Positions 29,011 through 40,026 of a stretch of DNA of 64,000 bases are shown one piece after another. The position numbers and the translations under genes are program-made. The stretch spans positions 5,280,001 to 5,344,000 of the forward strand of contig OY769902.1 in the NCBI GenBank assembly GCA_963669175.1, in the 5' to 3' direction. This DNA is from a bacterium. GTDB taxonomy: Bacteria; Electryoneota; Electryoneia; Electryoneales; Electryoneaceae. Each line of letters opens with the position of its first letter. Positions within the stretch are counted from its first letter, which is position 1. The notes under the pieces were generated by a model. It ran no database searches. It had not been told where the DNA came from and worked only from the letters and a program-made list of their open reading frames with translations.

Positions 29011-32000
29011 TCAGGGTAAGTACTTTTCCATTTTGACCACAACCGGCACCTTCACCGCTCCATGCGGTTTACGGTCGAACTGCACTTCGCCGTTTTCCAG
29101 TACGTACAACAGCAGTTTCCCGGTGAGTTCCACGTCCATCCGGCAGTACTTTTCGATCTCGTCGACTTTCCCCTCGCGCCACCACGCCAGCGCCTGCAAA
29201 CCATCTGCGGATTTCGGCGCGCCCAGGGTAGCCTGCGCCATAGCGCCCAGCCCGACACGATACCCGTATTGTTGATAGAATTCATCCAGCAGATCCAGCG
29301 ACGGCACCGCACGCATATCCCGTCCGGTGTACGCTTGAAGTACAGCGTAGTCAAATTTCTTCTGATTGAAGCCGACCACCAGCTCGGCATCGAACAGACG
29401 TTCGATCAATTCCGGGACATCATCTTCGAAATAGGTTTTGTACTCACCCGTTTTCAGTTCCTGGATCACGGCAAGCGAGACACGCATCAGGTGGGCGTTA
29501 TGCCAGCCGCCGACCTCCTCCGCAGACATTTGCGTTTCCAGGTCGAACACGACAATGTCCCGTCCCTCGATCAATCCAAGCTGACTTTCGTAGGGTTTTT
29601 CTTCTTTCTTGCGTTGCAGGGCCTGCCCCCCGGCGCGACGTTTGGACGAAGGTTTTGCCTTGTCCGCCGGATCAGCCACTTCCAACGGTTCTGTAATATC
29701 TTCCGGACGCCAGACGTCTTCCCCGGTCAGGTGCTGCAGGACCCGGATGCAGCCCTGTTTGTCCAGGGGAATATTGGCATGTCCGCATTTAGGTGAGTGA
29801 ATGCAGGAAGGGCACCCGTCATCGCAGGGACAGCTCCGTACCAGGTTCAGCACTTTCTCCAGCAGCTCATCCAGTACGGAATACGCTTTGGAAGCCAGCC
29901 CCACCCCGCCCGGATGTCCGTCATACAGGAAAATGGCCGGTCCTTTCAATCCGGGATGCAGGGTAAAGGATATCCCACCGACATCATTACGATCGCACAG
30001 GGCAAACAGGGGCAGTAACGCCAGGGAAGCATGCTCGGTAGCATGAAGCGAACCCATGACGTGACGTTTATCCTGCGCCAGTCCCGCCATGGCTACTGTG
30101 GATGGTTCAATCCAGAGCCCGACGGTTTCATAGGTGACCGGGGGAAGATCCAGCTTCTTCTCGTCAACTTTATCACGTGCCTTGGAATGACGGACTTCAT
30201 AGCCGACAACCTGTTCTGTTACCTTCACCTTGCCCAGCGATACTTTGTAACGGTGCGGTCTTTCAGCATCACTGGCAGACTCTGCCTCATCCGGCGCAAA
30301 GAGATCACGACTCTCGAACACTTCCAGGACTTCCGTCTCTTTTTCAGTCCGAGCCAATGTGTAATAGTCCACTTCGTGCTTGCTGACCCAGATTTCCTCT
30401 TTTGCAAGATCCAGTTTTTCAACGATATAGGTTCGTCCCTGGTGCAGATATACCGCCCCTGGATGGCATTCTGTCATGGCCTGTAAACCACTGACATGGC
30501 CGACCACTTTGCGAGTTCGCGAATCGTAGATGCCATAAGTTGGACCGGCGCCACGAATATCGATCTGGCGATGCGGCTGCTTCCGGCTGGCGAACCAGGT
30601 TGTCCCGCGAGCCGCTTCCAGCAGTACACCCTCATCCACAAGTTCTTTGATGAGGGGCTTGAGTTTATCGGGATTGTACACCTGGTCATCAAGACGCAAC
30701 GGGATTTCCTGGGCAGCGCAAGCGATATGGGATTTCAGCAGGTAGGGATTCTGCGCGTCCACCACCGCCGCTTCTGCGGAACGTCCGAAGAAATCCATGG
30801 GATGATGCATGAAGTACTGATCCAACGCATCCTGTTGCGCCAGCATGAAGACAACGGATTCATTCACTCCTCGCCCGACACGACCGGCGCGTTGCCATGT
30901 GGTCGTGATCGTACCGGGATAACCGACCAGGATACAGACGTCCAGGCCGCCGATATCAATTCCCATCTCGAGGGCGCTGGTTGCGATTACGCCTTTCAGT
31001 TCGCCGGAACGTAATCCGGTCTCTATTTCGCGGCGTTCACCTGCGAGATAGCCTGCACGGTAGGCGCTGATTTTTCCCATCAGATCCGGAGATGACTGAA
31101 TGACCCACTGATAAATCAGCTCGGTCATTTTCCGGCTCTTGGTGAACACGATACTCTTAAGCCCGGCTTCAACCGCATCAGTAAAAAGGCGGACAGCGGT
31201 AGTATGAATATTCCCGGTCGGATTCAGAAAAATCATGTGGCGTCGTGATGCAGGCGCTCCATTCTGATCGACCAGTTCAAACGGTTTCCCGGTCAGTTGT
31301 TCCGCCAGTTCATCCGGGTTGGCGATGGTCGCCGATGTCGCCAGGAACTGTAATTTGGACTGGTAGCGAGCGGCAACCCGCTGCAAACGTCTCAAGATCT
31401 GCAGCACATGGCTTCCGAACACACCACGGTAGGTATGCAGCTCATCCAGCACGACAAAACGCAAACCACGGAAGAACTTCTCCCATTGTGCGTGATAGGC
31501 CAGGAATCCGAAATGAAGCATATCCGGGTTAGTCAGCAGGATGCGTGGCGGATTGGCTTTCAGCTTTTCCCGGTTCTTCTGAGTGGTATCGCCATCATAA
31601 ATCGCCGACAGGGGAACCGTGTCGGTGAAGCCATTGTCAAACGAGCGCAACCTCTTCTGTTGATCCTGCGCCAATGCCTTCAGGGGAAAGAGCATCAGGG
31701 CATGAGTACCGGGTTCTTTTTCCAGGGTCTCAAGGATTGGCAACGTATAGACAAGGGTTTTCCCTGACGCAGTCGGGGTGACTGTAACGACATTTTTACC
31801 CTCTCTGGCCAGTCGGAGCGCCTCCCACTGATGACTGTACAGGTGTCGCACTCCATCCGCCTGGATACGCTCAGAAAGCCAGTTTGGAAGCGGTGGCGAT
31901 AGTTCCCCGAACCGTGCGCTCTGTGCAGGCAGCGCTTCTGCATGCACGATATCACGGCAGAACCGGTCATCCTGTTGCAGCCTGTGCATGAATGCCGGTA

Positions 32001-32049
32001 CATCCATCTGAGTGGATGAGGTACCCCTGTGTCTGGTGTGTTTCGACAT
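29011..32049 (-). CDS. MrfA/SftH-like DEAD/DEAH helicase with DUF1998 fused to an RNase H-like (YprB/MrfB-type) exonuclease
   Basis: TPTASGKT, DELH, SAT and QRAGRVGR; CPCDDGCPSC cluster; C-terminal VFDLETQ, GFNQKKFD and YCRMDV DEDD motifs. Confidence 0.88.
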   Translation of the reverse strand: MSKHTRHRGTSSTQMDVPAFMHRLQQDDRFCRDIVHAEALPAQSARFGELSPPLPNWLSERIQADGVRHLYSHQWEALRLAREGKNVVTVTPTASGKTLVYTLPILETLEKEPGTHALMLFPLKALAQDQQKRLRSFDNGFTDTVPLSAIYDGDTTQKNREKLKANPPRILLTNPDMLHFGFLAYHAQWEKFFRGLRFVVLDELHTYRGVFGSHVLQILRRLQRVAARYQSKLQFLATSATIANPDELAEQLTGKPFELVDQNGAPASRRHMIFLNPTGNIHTTAVRLFTDAVEAGLKSIVFTKSRKMTELIYQWVIQSSPDLMGKISAYRAGYLAGERREIETGLRSGELKGVIATSALEMGIDIGGLDVCILVGYPGTITTTWQRAGRVGRGVNESVVFMLAQQDALDQYFMHHPMDFFGRSAEAAVVDAQNPYLLKSHIACAAQEIPLRLDDQVYNPDKLKPLIKELVDEGVLLEAARGTTWFASRKQPHRQIDIRGAGPTYGIYDSRTRKVVGHVSGLQAMTECHPGAVYLHQGRTYIVEKLDLAKEEIWVSKHEVDYYTLARTEKETEVLEVFESRDLFAPDEAESASDAERPHRYKVSLGKVKVTEQVVGYEVRHSKARDKVDEKKLDLPPVTYETVGLWIEPSTVAMAGLAQDKRHVMGSLHATEHASLALLPLFALCDRNDVGGISFTLHPGLKGPAIFLYDGHPGGVGLASKAYSVLDELLEKVLNLVRSCPCDDGCPSCIHSPKCGHANIPLDKQGCIRVLQHLTGEDVWRPEDITEPLEVADPADKAKPSSKRRAGGQALQRKKEEKPYESQLGLIEGRDIVVFDLETQMSAEEVGGWHNAHLMRVSLAVIQELKTGEYKTYFEDDVPELIERLFDAELVVGFNQKKFDYAVLQAYTGRDMRAVPSLDLLDEFYQQYGYRVGLGAMAQATLGAPKSADGLQALAWWREGKVDEIEKYCRMDVELTGKLLLYVLENGEVQFDRKPHGAVKVPVVVKMEKYLP

Positions 32050-32300
32050 GCAGGAAAGTAGAATTGACTTTCAGCCTGTGCAAGTGAATCCGGCAGAATA
32101 CACTCGATAACTTGCTGGTGATTATAGCATGCCCTCCAAGGAATAGCTTCCTCTCTACTCAGGTATTCCTTTAGTGGCAGCCTTTTCTATACCTGTACAG
32201 TTTGTTGTACATTGTAAACGGCATTGCTCGCTTGCACATTTTCCCGCACACTACAGTCTTTCACAAACAAAACAGATCCATCATTGACAGAAGTCATTTG

Positions 32301-34499
32301 ATGAAACAGCCGAACCAAAAAAACTTGGGATTTTCACTAGTCTACCGAGTTGTTTTCCCGGTCGGGCTGACTGTAGTACTATTTCTAACTGCTTTTTACC
32401 TGATTGCAATTCCTTCCTTAAAAGACCACCTGATTGCTTCTCGCCGTGAAATGGCAAGCGAGCTGGTGGGAACGGTTCATACTCTCCTTGAAAACTATAA
32501 TCAGCGAGTCATTGATGGCGAACTCACACTTGAAGAGGCACAGGAACGCGCCCGTGAAAGAATAAGATCGCTTCGTTACGGCCCACAGGATAAAGATTAC
32601 TTCTGGATCAATGACATGACACCAATCATGATCATGCATCCCTACAGGACAGATCTGGAAGGAAAAGATATCTCTGATTTTGTTGACCCCAAACAGAATC
32701 ATCTGTTTGTCGCCATGGTGGATACGGTAAAAAAAGATGATTCCGGGTTCGTTGACTATATGTGGCAATGGAAAGATGACTCAACCCGTATCGTAAACAA
32801 ACAATCTTTCGTCCGTTTGTTTAAGCCGTGGAACTGGATCGTAGGTACAGGACTCTATATTGAAGATGTAAATGAAAAAATTCGACTGATCATTCGTAAT
32901 CTCATTATCACTTTTTCAGTAATCTTAGTTGTAATTGTCCTCCTCTCTCTATACATCATTTGGAATGGAAGCAGACTGCTTCAAGAAAGAATCAAGAGCG
33001 AGCAACGCTATCGCCTGCTATTTGAAAACTCTCATGATGCCGTCTATATCAGGACATACGATGGTGTTTTTTTAGACTGGAACAAGGCATTCGAAGATTT
33101 GTTCGGCTATTCCAGCGATGAGTTTAAAACAATCAGCCTTTCCGATATCTATGTACACCTTGAAGATCTGGATGCGTTGATCAATACGGTCAACAAAGCA
33201 GGCTTTGTGCAGAATCGTGAAATCCAGTTTAAGCATAAAGAAGGGCATATTATCACGACGCTGGTCACCTCTTCTCTGCAACGTGACGAGCAAAAAGGTG
33301 TATCCTATATCCAGGGGATTATCAGGGACATCACAGAACTGAAAGAGCTCGAGATGCATCTCGCTCAAGCTCAGAAAATGGAAGCGGTCGGTCGTCTGGC
33401 CGGAGGCATCGCTCACGATTTCAATAACATTTTAACCTCCATTTACGGCAACGCCGAGCTGGCTCAGTTTCATGCCAGTGAAAACCTGCAAGCTTCTTCG
33501 GCAATTCAGGATATCCTTATCGCGAGTGAACGTGGTTCTGATCTTACCAGGCAGTTGCTTACCTTCAGCCGCAAGCAAATGGTCAAAAAGAGTATTCTGG
33601 ATATTAATACTATCCTGAAGCGCGCGGAAAGCATGATCAAACCGATTATACGTTCGAATATTACCGTTGAGATGAACACCAGCGACTCGCTGTGGCTGGT
33701 CAAAGGCGACCCAAGCCAGATTGAACAGGTCATACTGAACCTGGTCATCAATGCACGTGACGCAATGGAAGAAGGCGGAACCATTTCAATCGAGACATCC
33801 AACATCTACTATGACCAGCCTGTGAAAGACGGGCGTGAAACAATCAGCCCGGGGCATTTTGTTCTGTTAAGCGTGAACGATACCGGAAGTGGAATCCCCC
33901 CGGAATATCTCGATAAAATCTTTGAACCCTTCTTCACAACCAAGCAGGAAGGGAAAGGGACAGGGCTTGGGCTTGCTACGATTTATGGAGTAGTGAAGCA
34001 TCTCGGCGGATATATTGTTGTTCAAAGTGTACTGGATGTGGGAACAACTTTCCGGGTTTATTTCCCTTCGACAGATCAAATGGCTCCGGCAACGACACAA
34101 GTTGAACAGAAAGCCGTCAGCACTGAACTCGGCGGTCAGGAATTCATTTTGATTGTTGAAGATGATAATGCTGTCAGAACAGTGCTCATCAATACCCTTC
34201 ACCGTTATGGCTACCGAGTACACGGTATCGACAATGCTGAAGAGGCGATCACCTGGTTATCGAACCAATCCGCGCTACCGGATCTTGTCGTATTGGATAT
34301 GGTCATGCCGGGAATGAATGGCATCACCTTCCATGATAAAATTCGAGACCACTATCCCAGCCTGCGATTCCTTTTCATCTCCGGCTATACGGAAAAGCAG
34401 ATCCTGGATGACATCCTGACACGAAACATGCCATTCCTGCCCAAGCCTTTCGGGCCGAAAGTCTTCCTGCAGAAAGTGCGTAGTATCCTGAACAGATAG
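32301..34499 (+). CDS. Hybrid sensor histidine kinase (Cache, PAS, HisKA, HATPase, receiver)
   Basis: YFWIND..MHP Cache; AHDFNN H-box; [15 protein letters not shown] and GTGLGL; receiver LIVEDD..LDMVMP..KPF. Confidence 0.92.
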   Translation: MKQPNQKNLGFSLVYRVVFPVGLTVVLFLTAFYLIAIPSLKDHLIASRREMASELVGTVHTLLENYNQRVIDGELTLEEAQERARERIRSLRYGPQDKDYFWINDMTPIMIMHPYRTDLEGKDISDFVDPKQNHLFVAMVDTVKKDDSGFVDYMWQWKDDSTRIVNKQSFVRLFKPWNWIVGTGLYIEDVNEKIRLIIRNLIITFSVILVVIVLLSLYIIWNGSRLLQERIKSEQRYRLLFENSHDAVYIRTYDGVFLDWNKAFEDLFGYSSDEFKTISLSDIYVHLEDLDALINTVNKAGFVQNREIQFKHKEGHIITTLVTSSLQRDEQKGVSYIQGIIRDITELKELEMHLAQAQKMEAVGRLAGGIAHDFNNILTSIYGNAELAQFHASENLQASSAIQDILIASERGSDLTRQLLTFSRKQMVKKSILDINTILKRAESMIKPIIRSNITVEMNTSDSLWLVKGDPSQIEQVILNLVINARDAMEEGGTISIETSNIYYDQPVKDGRETISPGHFVLLSVNDTGSGIPPEYLDKIFEPFFTTKQEGKGTGLGLATIYGVVKHLGGYIVVQSVLDVGTTFRVYFPSTDQMAPATTQVEQKAVSTELGGQEFILIVEDDNAVRTVLINTLHRYGYRVHGIDNAEEAITWLSNQSALPDLVVLDMVMPGMNGITFHDKIRDHYPSLRFLFISGYTEKQILDDILTRNMPFLPKPFGPKVFLQKVRSILNR

Positions 34500-34631
34500 A
34501 TGTAATCCACGATCACGCCTTCCAGTTTCATGCTCACCTCATGTCATCCCCCCTTTTTCATTGACTGCCTTGCATCGTATCTTTCATCTTATTCTTTCGG
34601 AAACAACAACCAACCATACAGGAGAAGCGCC

Positions 34632-36005
34632 ATGGCCACCATCAGCCAGCAAATCGCCGACTGGGCGGCGAAAGTGAAGTTTGAAGATCTTAGTGATGAC
34701 TCCATTCGTATGGCAAAGGTCATCCTTTACGATAGCATAGGCTGCGCGTTTGGCGGATCACAGACCCACGATGTGGGCATCATGCGCGACTATCATATCT
34801 CCAAAGGTGGCTCACCTGAAGCCACTGTAATCGGAACCGGTCAGAAGCTCCCGGCTCTGGATGCTTCGCTGCTGAACGCCCTGATGGTGCGCGCGCTTGA
34901 TTTCAACGATATCTATTGGAAGCAGGATCCAAGCCACCCCTCGGACATCATCCCGGGACCGCTTGCATTGGGTGAACGCTTGAACAAGAGCGGTAAGGAT
35001 CTGTTGCTGGCTATCGCTGTTGGTCATGAAGTGGAAATGCGGTTGTGTGAAGCGGGATTCCCAGGCATTCGTGAACGTAAATGGCATCACGCCACTTTGA
35101 CCGCCTTTGCCTCCCCGGTCGCTTGCGGTACTATCATGGGCCTGAACGGTGATCAGATCGCGCATGCCATCGGCATCAGCGGCTGTCGTCATGCCACATT
35201 GGGCGCGATCACTGCCGGCAAGCTGACCATGATGAAAAATACAGCCGATCCCATGGCAACACAGTCCGGTGTCCTGGCTGCTGAACTGGCCGCGATGGGC
35301 TATGAAGGCCCGGAACATGTCATCGACGGCAAGGAAGGTCTATTCGAATGTTACGGCCCCGACTGGAAGGGCGAAATTCTCGTGGATGGTCTCGGCCAAT
35401 CCTGGCGCATCGAGCAATGCGGACTGAAGGCCTTCCCGATTGAAGCCCTGTCCCATGCGCCGCTTACCGCCCTGTTGAGCCTGTTGAAGGAACACGACTT
35501 GAAGCCGGATGAAATCAAGACTGTCACCATCCGTACCATCGCACGCGCTGCCGATATCCTTTCCGACCCGGCGAAATATGATCCGCAGACACGTGAATCT
35601 GCGGACCACTCACTGCCGTACTGCCTGAGTGTCGCTATCGTGGACCGGAAAGTCGTACACCAGAGCTTCGAAAAAGAAAAGATCTTTGATCCGACCGTAC
35701 GCGCCCAGTTGCAGAAGATCAAAGTCGAAGCCGTCCCGGAGTTTGAACCTTTGTTCCCGGCCAAACAGCCCAATGAGATCGTGATTGACACGGTCGATGG
35801 CCGCCAGTTCCGCCAGTACGTGGAATACCCGATGGGCCACTACAAGTACCCGATCCCGGACGACCAGCTTGAAGCCAAATTTGTCAGCCTGGCCGAAGGA
35901 ATTGTCAGCGCAGAACGTCAACAATTGATCAAAAACCTTGTCTTCAAAATGGATACAGAAGGATCTATCCAGGAACTCTGTAAGCTTTTAGTTAGCGACA
36001 TGTAG
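34632..36005 (+). CDS. MmgE/PrpD family protein (2-methylcitrate dehydratase-like)
   Basis: RALDFND, SHPSD and RESADHSLPY motifs; start after AGGAGA. Confidence 0.88.
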   Translation: MATISQQIADWAAKVKFEDLSDDSIRMAKVILYDSIGCAFGGSQTHDVGIMRDYHISKGGSPEATVIGTGQKLPALDASLLNALMVRALDFNDIYWKQDPSHPSDIIPGPLALGERLNKSGKDLLLAIAVGHEVEMRLCEAGFPGIRERKWHHATLTAFASPVACGTIMGLNGDQIAHAIGISGCRHATLGAITAGKLTMMKNTADPMATQSGVLAAELAAMGYEGPEHVIDGKEGLFECYGPDWKGEILVDGLGQSWRIEQCGLKAFPIEALSHAPLTALLSLLKEHDLKPDEIKTVTIRTIARAADILSDPAKYDPQTRESADHSLPYCLSVAIVDRKVVHQSFEKEKIFDPTVRAQLQKIKVEAVPEFEPLFPAKQPNEIVIDTVDGRQFRQYVEYPMGHYKYPIPDDQLEAKFVSLAEGIVSAERQQLIKNLVFKMDTEGSIQELCKLLVSDM

Positions 36006-36029
36006 ATGTGACCCATATCACAGCAGTGA

Positions 36030-36058
36030 TTGACAACTTGAGGACAAGCACGTATATT
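36030..36058 (+). promoter_or_regulatory. Sigma70-type promoter
   Basis: TTGACA-17 nt-TATATT. Confidence 0.65.
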
Positions 36059-36203
36059 TAAAGCTTAATTAAACCCTTCAAGTTACTATGCGTCTTTGAC
36101 ATAATTGTGTTGTCTGCAATTCTCCGGTGGGGTTGGTATACTTGTTTCTATTGATCTTGCACGAGGAAACGAGATTTGAAAGCGGGAACCTTTTGGGGGC
36201 GGG

Positions 36204-36643
36204 ATGGAAACCTACGAGTTCCATTACATTGATGACTGCTTGATCGAGTTGCTCCTTGACATGGTGGATTCCTTAAAGCCAGCGATGAAACGGCCGAGAG
36301 TCTGCTGAATCGTGCCCGAGAATGTTTGCCGCTGGAACGTGGACAGCACCAGGCTCTTTGTGCGAGAGTTGAAGGCTTTTATGAGCTTTCTGAAGGCTTG
36401 TTTGAACTGGTGTTCGATTTGGGACAGGCCAAGCATGGCGCTGAATGGAACCGTAGACGTGTGGTTAAAGAAGCGAATCTGCGACCATTCAGTTATTACC
36501 ACTGGATCACAGGATCACGGGAGCCGGCGAGTAATGTGATGACACGCAAGGATTACCTGAATGATCCGACAACAGCTCTGGCGAAACTGGAAGAGGATAT
36601 TCAGTCCCTGGCAAAGCTGTATCGTCAGCTTCAAACATTGTAG
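36204..36643 (+). pseudogene. Hypothetical gene split by an apparent -1 frameshift near 36270
   Basis: ATG at 36204 opens METYEFHYIDDCLIELLLDMVDSL; the -1 frame is open from 36260 to 36643 but has no good start. Confidence 0.4.
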
Positions 36644-36662
36644 AAAAAACGCAACGCACTAT

Positions 36663-36692
36663 TGCCCCTTCTTTTCAGATGGGGCATTTTTT
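36663..36692 (+). terminator. Intrinsic terminator
   Basis: TGCCCC...GGGGCA followed by TTTTTT. Confidence 0.6.
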
Positions 36693-36717
36693 ATGATTTC
36701 GCCGACAGGAAGCCTCT

Positions 36718-37512
36718 ATGGATGATAAACCGTTACACCGTTTGATCCTTTTTTCATCGGGCAATGATGCTGCGCGGCTTGACCGGATGGAAGCCGGGTT
36801 CCGTTTGCACTGCGAACCGCGATGGGAGATGCAGACACATCGTCTGGGTATGGTGGATAATCTTGGACTGACCTATGACCAGGCGGCTCGTTCCCATGAG
36901 GATGATGATGACATCCTCATGTTCTGCCATCAGGACGTTCGCCCGTTCGCTGTTCCCGGCAAAGAGCGCATCGCCAACCTGCCGGACAATGTCGTCTGGC
37001 TGAACGATGCCCTGCATGTTAGCAACGGTTGGCTGAAAACTGTAGAACAGTTGCTGCAAAAGCCGGATACAGGATTGATGGGCGTTGCCGGTGCGAATGG
37101 ACTTTCGAAGGATAACGCCTGGTGGCAATTTCCGGATGTTTCCGGCGCTGTGGTTCACATCACTGACGGGAAGGAACGGCTGAATCCTTACGGTTGCTGG
37201 GGACGAGTGGCGGTGCTTGATGGGCTGTGTCTGTTGATCAGGTGTGGCGTTTACAAAAAGCTGCGTCTACCTTTACTACAACAGGCCCGTTTCCATTTTT
37301 ATGACATGGACCTGTCCTTACGCTGTCTGCAGGTGGGGCTGAAAAACTGGACCATTCCATTGCTGGTACAGCATGAAAGCGGCGGTTCAACTACAAAACA
37401 GGAAGACTGGCAATCGGATCATGAGCTTTTTGCAGCAGCCTGGGACAATATTCTGCCTGTTCGAGAACCTTTTGAACCTTTACCCGGAGACCCTTCGTGT
37501 CCATCCGATTGA
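36718..37512 (+). CDS. GT-A glycosyltransferase-like protein
   Basis: MFCHQDV, GLMGVAG, VLDGLCL, FHFYDMDLS and VQHESGG motifs. Confidence 0.75.
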   Translation: MDDKPLHRLILFSSGNDAARLDRMEAGFRLHCEPRWEMQTHRLGMVDNLGLTYDQAARSHEDDDDILMFCHQDVRPFAVPGKERIANLPDNVVWLNDALHVSNGWLKTVEQLLQKPDTGLMGVAGANGLSKDNAWWQFPDVSGAVVHITDGKERLNPYGCWGRVAVLDGLCLLIRCGVYKKLRLPLLQQARFHFYDMDLSLRCLQVGLKNWTIPLLVQHESGGSTTKQEDWQSDHELFAAAWDNILPVREPFEPLPGDPSCPSD

Positions 37513-39164
37513 TTGACTTGTTTCCAGCGGGGAAAGATGAAGAAATCAGCCTGTCCACAAGTAAAAACGGGCAGCAGATTTTAACCGTTACAACTCCTTT
37601 CGGTGACCGTAAGCTGGATTCACCGTATAATCCAGCACAGGAAGCAGAAAAGCTGGTCAGTGGTATTCCTGCACCCGACAGTTGCCTTGTGCTCGGTTCC
37701 GGCGCCGGTTACCTGCCTGAAGCCATCATCAAGCATGGCATAAAAAAACTGCTGCTGGTTACAGGAAGTCCCGCTGCGGCTGCGCATACTTTGAAACGAT
37801 TGGAACCCCTGGACGCTGATTCGCGCGAAATCACAGTAATCGTGACCAACCGGGCAGAAACCGCATGGCATGATCACATCACCCCCTTTCTATCTCAGTC
37901 TTCGGCTACACACCTGGTGACTCATCCCCGCGAATGGAACGCTTTTCCCGGCCTGTACGGCTCCCTTGCAGTGCGATTTCATCACTATCACCGAAAAGCC
38001 GGTTTGACCGCTTCGCCTCACGTAAAACGAGTTCTTTTCTTCGGGGAAGACGGACTCCTGGAACCGGAACTGAAGCGTGCGATGATGGCCACCGGACTTG
38101 ATGTTGTCCAACTTCCTCTCATCAGCCAGGGACTGGTTTCACCCGAAGAAGCGATCCGGATGCTGGAAACTCATAAACCGGATCTGGTGATGTCAACGAA
38201 TAACCAGGGCTCGGACATTCGTGGCATCCTTCCGGAAGCGTGTGGAGTGGAAGGCGTTCCCTGGGCGACCTGGTTTCTTGATGATCCGCGTTTCATCCTG
38301 ACGCCAGAAGAGCAGGATCAAGTTGGGCAGCGCCGTTGGGGATTTCACTGGGATCGAAACGGTTCTACCAGTTGGCGCACCATGGGCTTTCCGAATGGCC
38401 ACCTTCTGCCGCTGGCAACAGAGCTTGAACGATTCCATCCGCATACACCTGATCCCAGCCTTGCCGGGCGTGTGGTTTTCGTGGGGAGCCCCATTTTTCA
38501 GCGGGCAACGGGGTATTTTGCCGCCCTGATGCAAGATCCGGTAGCGGAGGATATTGCCGAAGCCTTGATGGAGGAAGTGTTGCTTACGCGGCATGCCCCA
38601 TCCGAAAAGGCGATTACGTCCGTTCTTCAGGATCTTGACCTTGAGTCTCATTTTGCCACCGAGACCAGGCGACGTTTACCGGCCTATGTGGTCCAACTTG
38701 CCAACAGACGTTATCGCAGGGAAATGTTGACCGCACTGGCGCCATTACATCCGGTCGTATTTGGGTCCGGCTGGGAAGGCCTGCTCCCGGACACGGTTGA
38801 ATTGCGGGGCGTTGCCGACTACAACCGTGATCTTCCGGTCATCTACAGTTCGGATGCCGTTCACCTGTCGCTGACCAACCTGCAGATGCGTTCACATCCA
38901 AACCAGCGCATTTTTGACGCCGGAGCCTGCGGTGGAGTTGTGGTTATGGAACACCTGGAAGGCGCCAAAGAGCTGTTCCCCTTCAATCTGGAATCCTTAC
39001 TCTTTTCCGGTCGCATGGAAATGCTGGAAAAGATTGAGTTTCTCCTGAAGGATTCGAAGGCGCGAAAAGAGTACGGAACCATGCTGCATGATCATGTGTG
39101 CGATAATCATACGGTAAAACATCGAGTACAGACCATTCTGGATATTCTGGCTGTGGAGAAGTAA
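37497..39164 (+). CDS. CgeB-like (GT-B) glycosyltransferase with Maf-like N-terminus
   Basis: LDSPYNPAQEA, VLGSGAGY, TWFLDDP, LPLAT, VVFVG, FGSGW and NQRIFDAGACG motifs. Confidence 0.72.
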   Translation: MSIRLIDLFPAGKDEEISLSTSKNGQQILTVTTPFGDRKLDSPYNPAQEAEKLVSGIPAPDSCLVLGSGAGYLPEAIIKHGIKKLLLVTGSPAAAAHTLKRLEPLDADSREITVIVTNRAETAWHDHITPFLSQSSATHLVTHPREWNAFPGLYGSLAVRFHHYHRKAGLTASPHVKRVLFFGEDGLLEPELKRAMMATGLDVVQLPLISQGLVSPEEAIRMLETHKPDLVMSTNNQGSDIRGILPEACGVEGVPWATWFLDDPRFILTPEEQDQVGQRRWGFHWDRNGSTSWRTMGFPNGHLLPLATELERFHPHTPDPSLAGRVVFVGSPIFQRATGYFAALMQDPVAEDIAEALMEEVLLTRHAPSEKAITSVLQDLDLESHFATETRRRLPAYVVQLANRRYRREMLTALAPLHPVVFGSGWEGLLPDTVELRGVADYNRDLPVIYSSDAVHLSLTNLQMRSHPNQRIFDAGACGGVVVMEHLEGAKELFPFNLESLLFSGRMEMLEKIEFLLKDSKARKEYGTMLHDHVCDNHTVKHRVQTILDILAVEK

Positions 39165-39165
39165 C

Positions 39166-39618
39166 ATGGATATAGCTGCGATTGTAGCCCGATTTGATTT
39201 GCATACGATGGCCCTCCGGATGAATGCGGGTGATTTTACCCATGCGGATTCCCTGTTTACGCCGGAAATCGGGGGAAATTGCGTCAACTGGCTGTTGGGA
39301 CATTTGCTGGTTTCACGTGATGACCTGATGATGCGTATGGAGTATTCAACTTCTTTACCGGACGGGTTCCGAGCTATCTACGCCCAGGGTTCGGATGGAC
39401 GTAGGACTGACCATTTCCTGCCTTACGAAGATCTGGTCCAGCTTTGGGGTACGCTTCATACCAGCCTGATTGAACGATTCAAAAGGGTTGATATCACAAA
39501 TCACGATACTCTGCCCGCGTTTGAGAAGTTTGACCTGATGCAATTTCATGAAGCCTATCACATCGGACAGATGGGGTTGCTACGCAGGTTGATGGGAAAA
39601 GAAGGCCAGATAAAGTGA
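39166..39618 (+). CDS. DinB family protein
   Basis: NWLLGHL and FHEAYHIGQ metal-binding His motifs. Confidence 0.85.
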   Translation: MDIAAIVARFDLHTMALRMNAGDFTHADSLFTPEIGGNCVNWLLGHLLVSRDDLMMRMEYSTSLPDGFRAIYAQGSDGRRTDHFLPYEDLVQLWGTLHTSLIERFKRVDITNHDTLPAFEKFDLMQFHEAYHIGQMGLLRRLMGKEGQIK

Positions 39619-39658
39619 GCGTTGTTTAATAATTCCGGTCTCCCTGGTATGATGGCAG

Positions 39659-39901
39659 CGAAAAATGGGACTGTTACCTTTTCATGTTTGCAAGTGTTCG
39701 ACAGTCAAATCAGGGTTGTGAAAAGGTAACTGTACCAGATTTTTCGCGTACTATTGTTCGAGATCATACGGAAAATCCTGAGACAGCCACCTATTTCGCT
39801 ACATATGCGCACGGCAATTGATGATCATGGATATTCATTGAACTCTATTAACAGGTATCAACATTGCATCACGCGAAATAGAGAAGCAGTCCCGATTTTC
39901 C
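39659..39901. repeat. REP-like double-hairpin element, copy 1
   Basis: GCGAAAAATGGGACTGTTACCTTTTC...GAAAAGGTAACTGTACCAGATTTTTCGC and GGAAAATCCTGAGACAGCCACCTATTTCGC...GCGAAATAGAGAAGCAGTCCCGATTTTCC; repeated at 42586-43072. Confidence 0.85.
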
Positions 39902-40026
39902 TGTAATATAGCCTCATAAACGAATTGCTTTATCCTGTTTTTTCAGCTAGGTTATAGTGTTGGGCTTGTTTTCCGGGATGTTTGATCCGGAGATACAGCA
40001 TCTCCGCCCCCATTGTGAGACGGTGC

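Noticed and set aside
36233-36259. Selenocysteine readthrough of the TGA at 36257
   Set aside because: A second in-frame TGA lies at 36233, there is no start in that frame and no redox motif; a frameshift explains it better.
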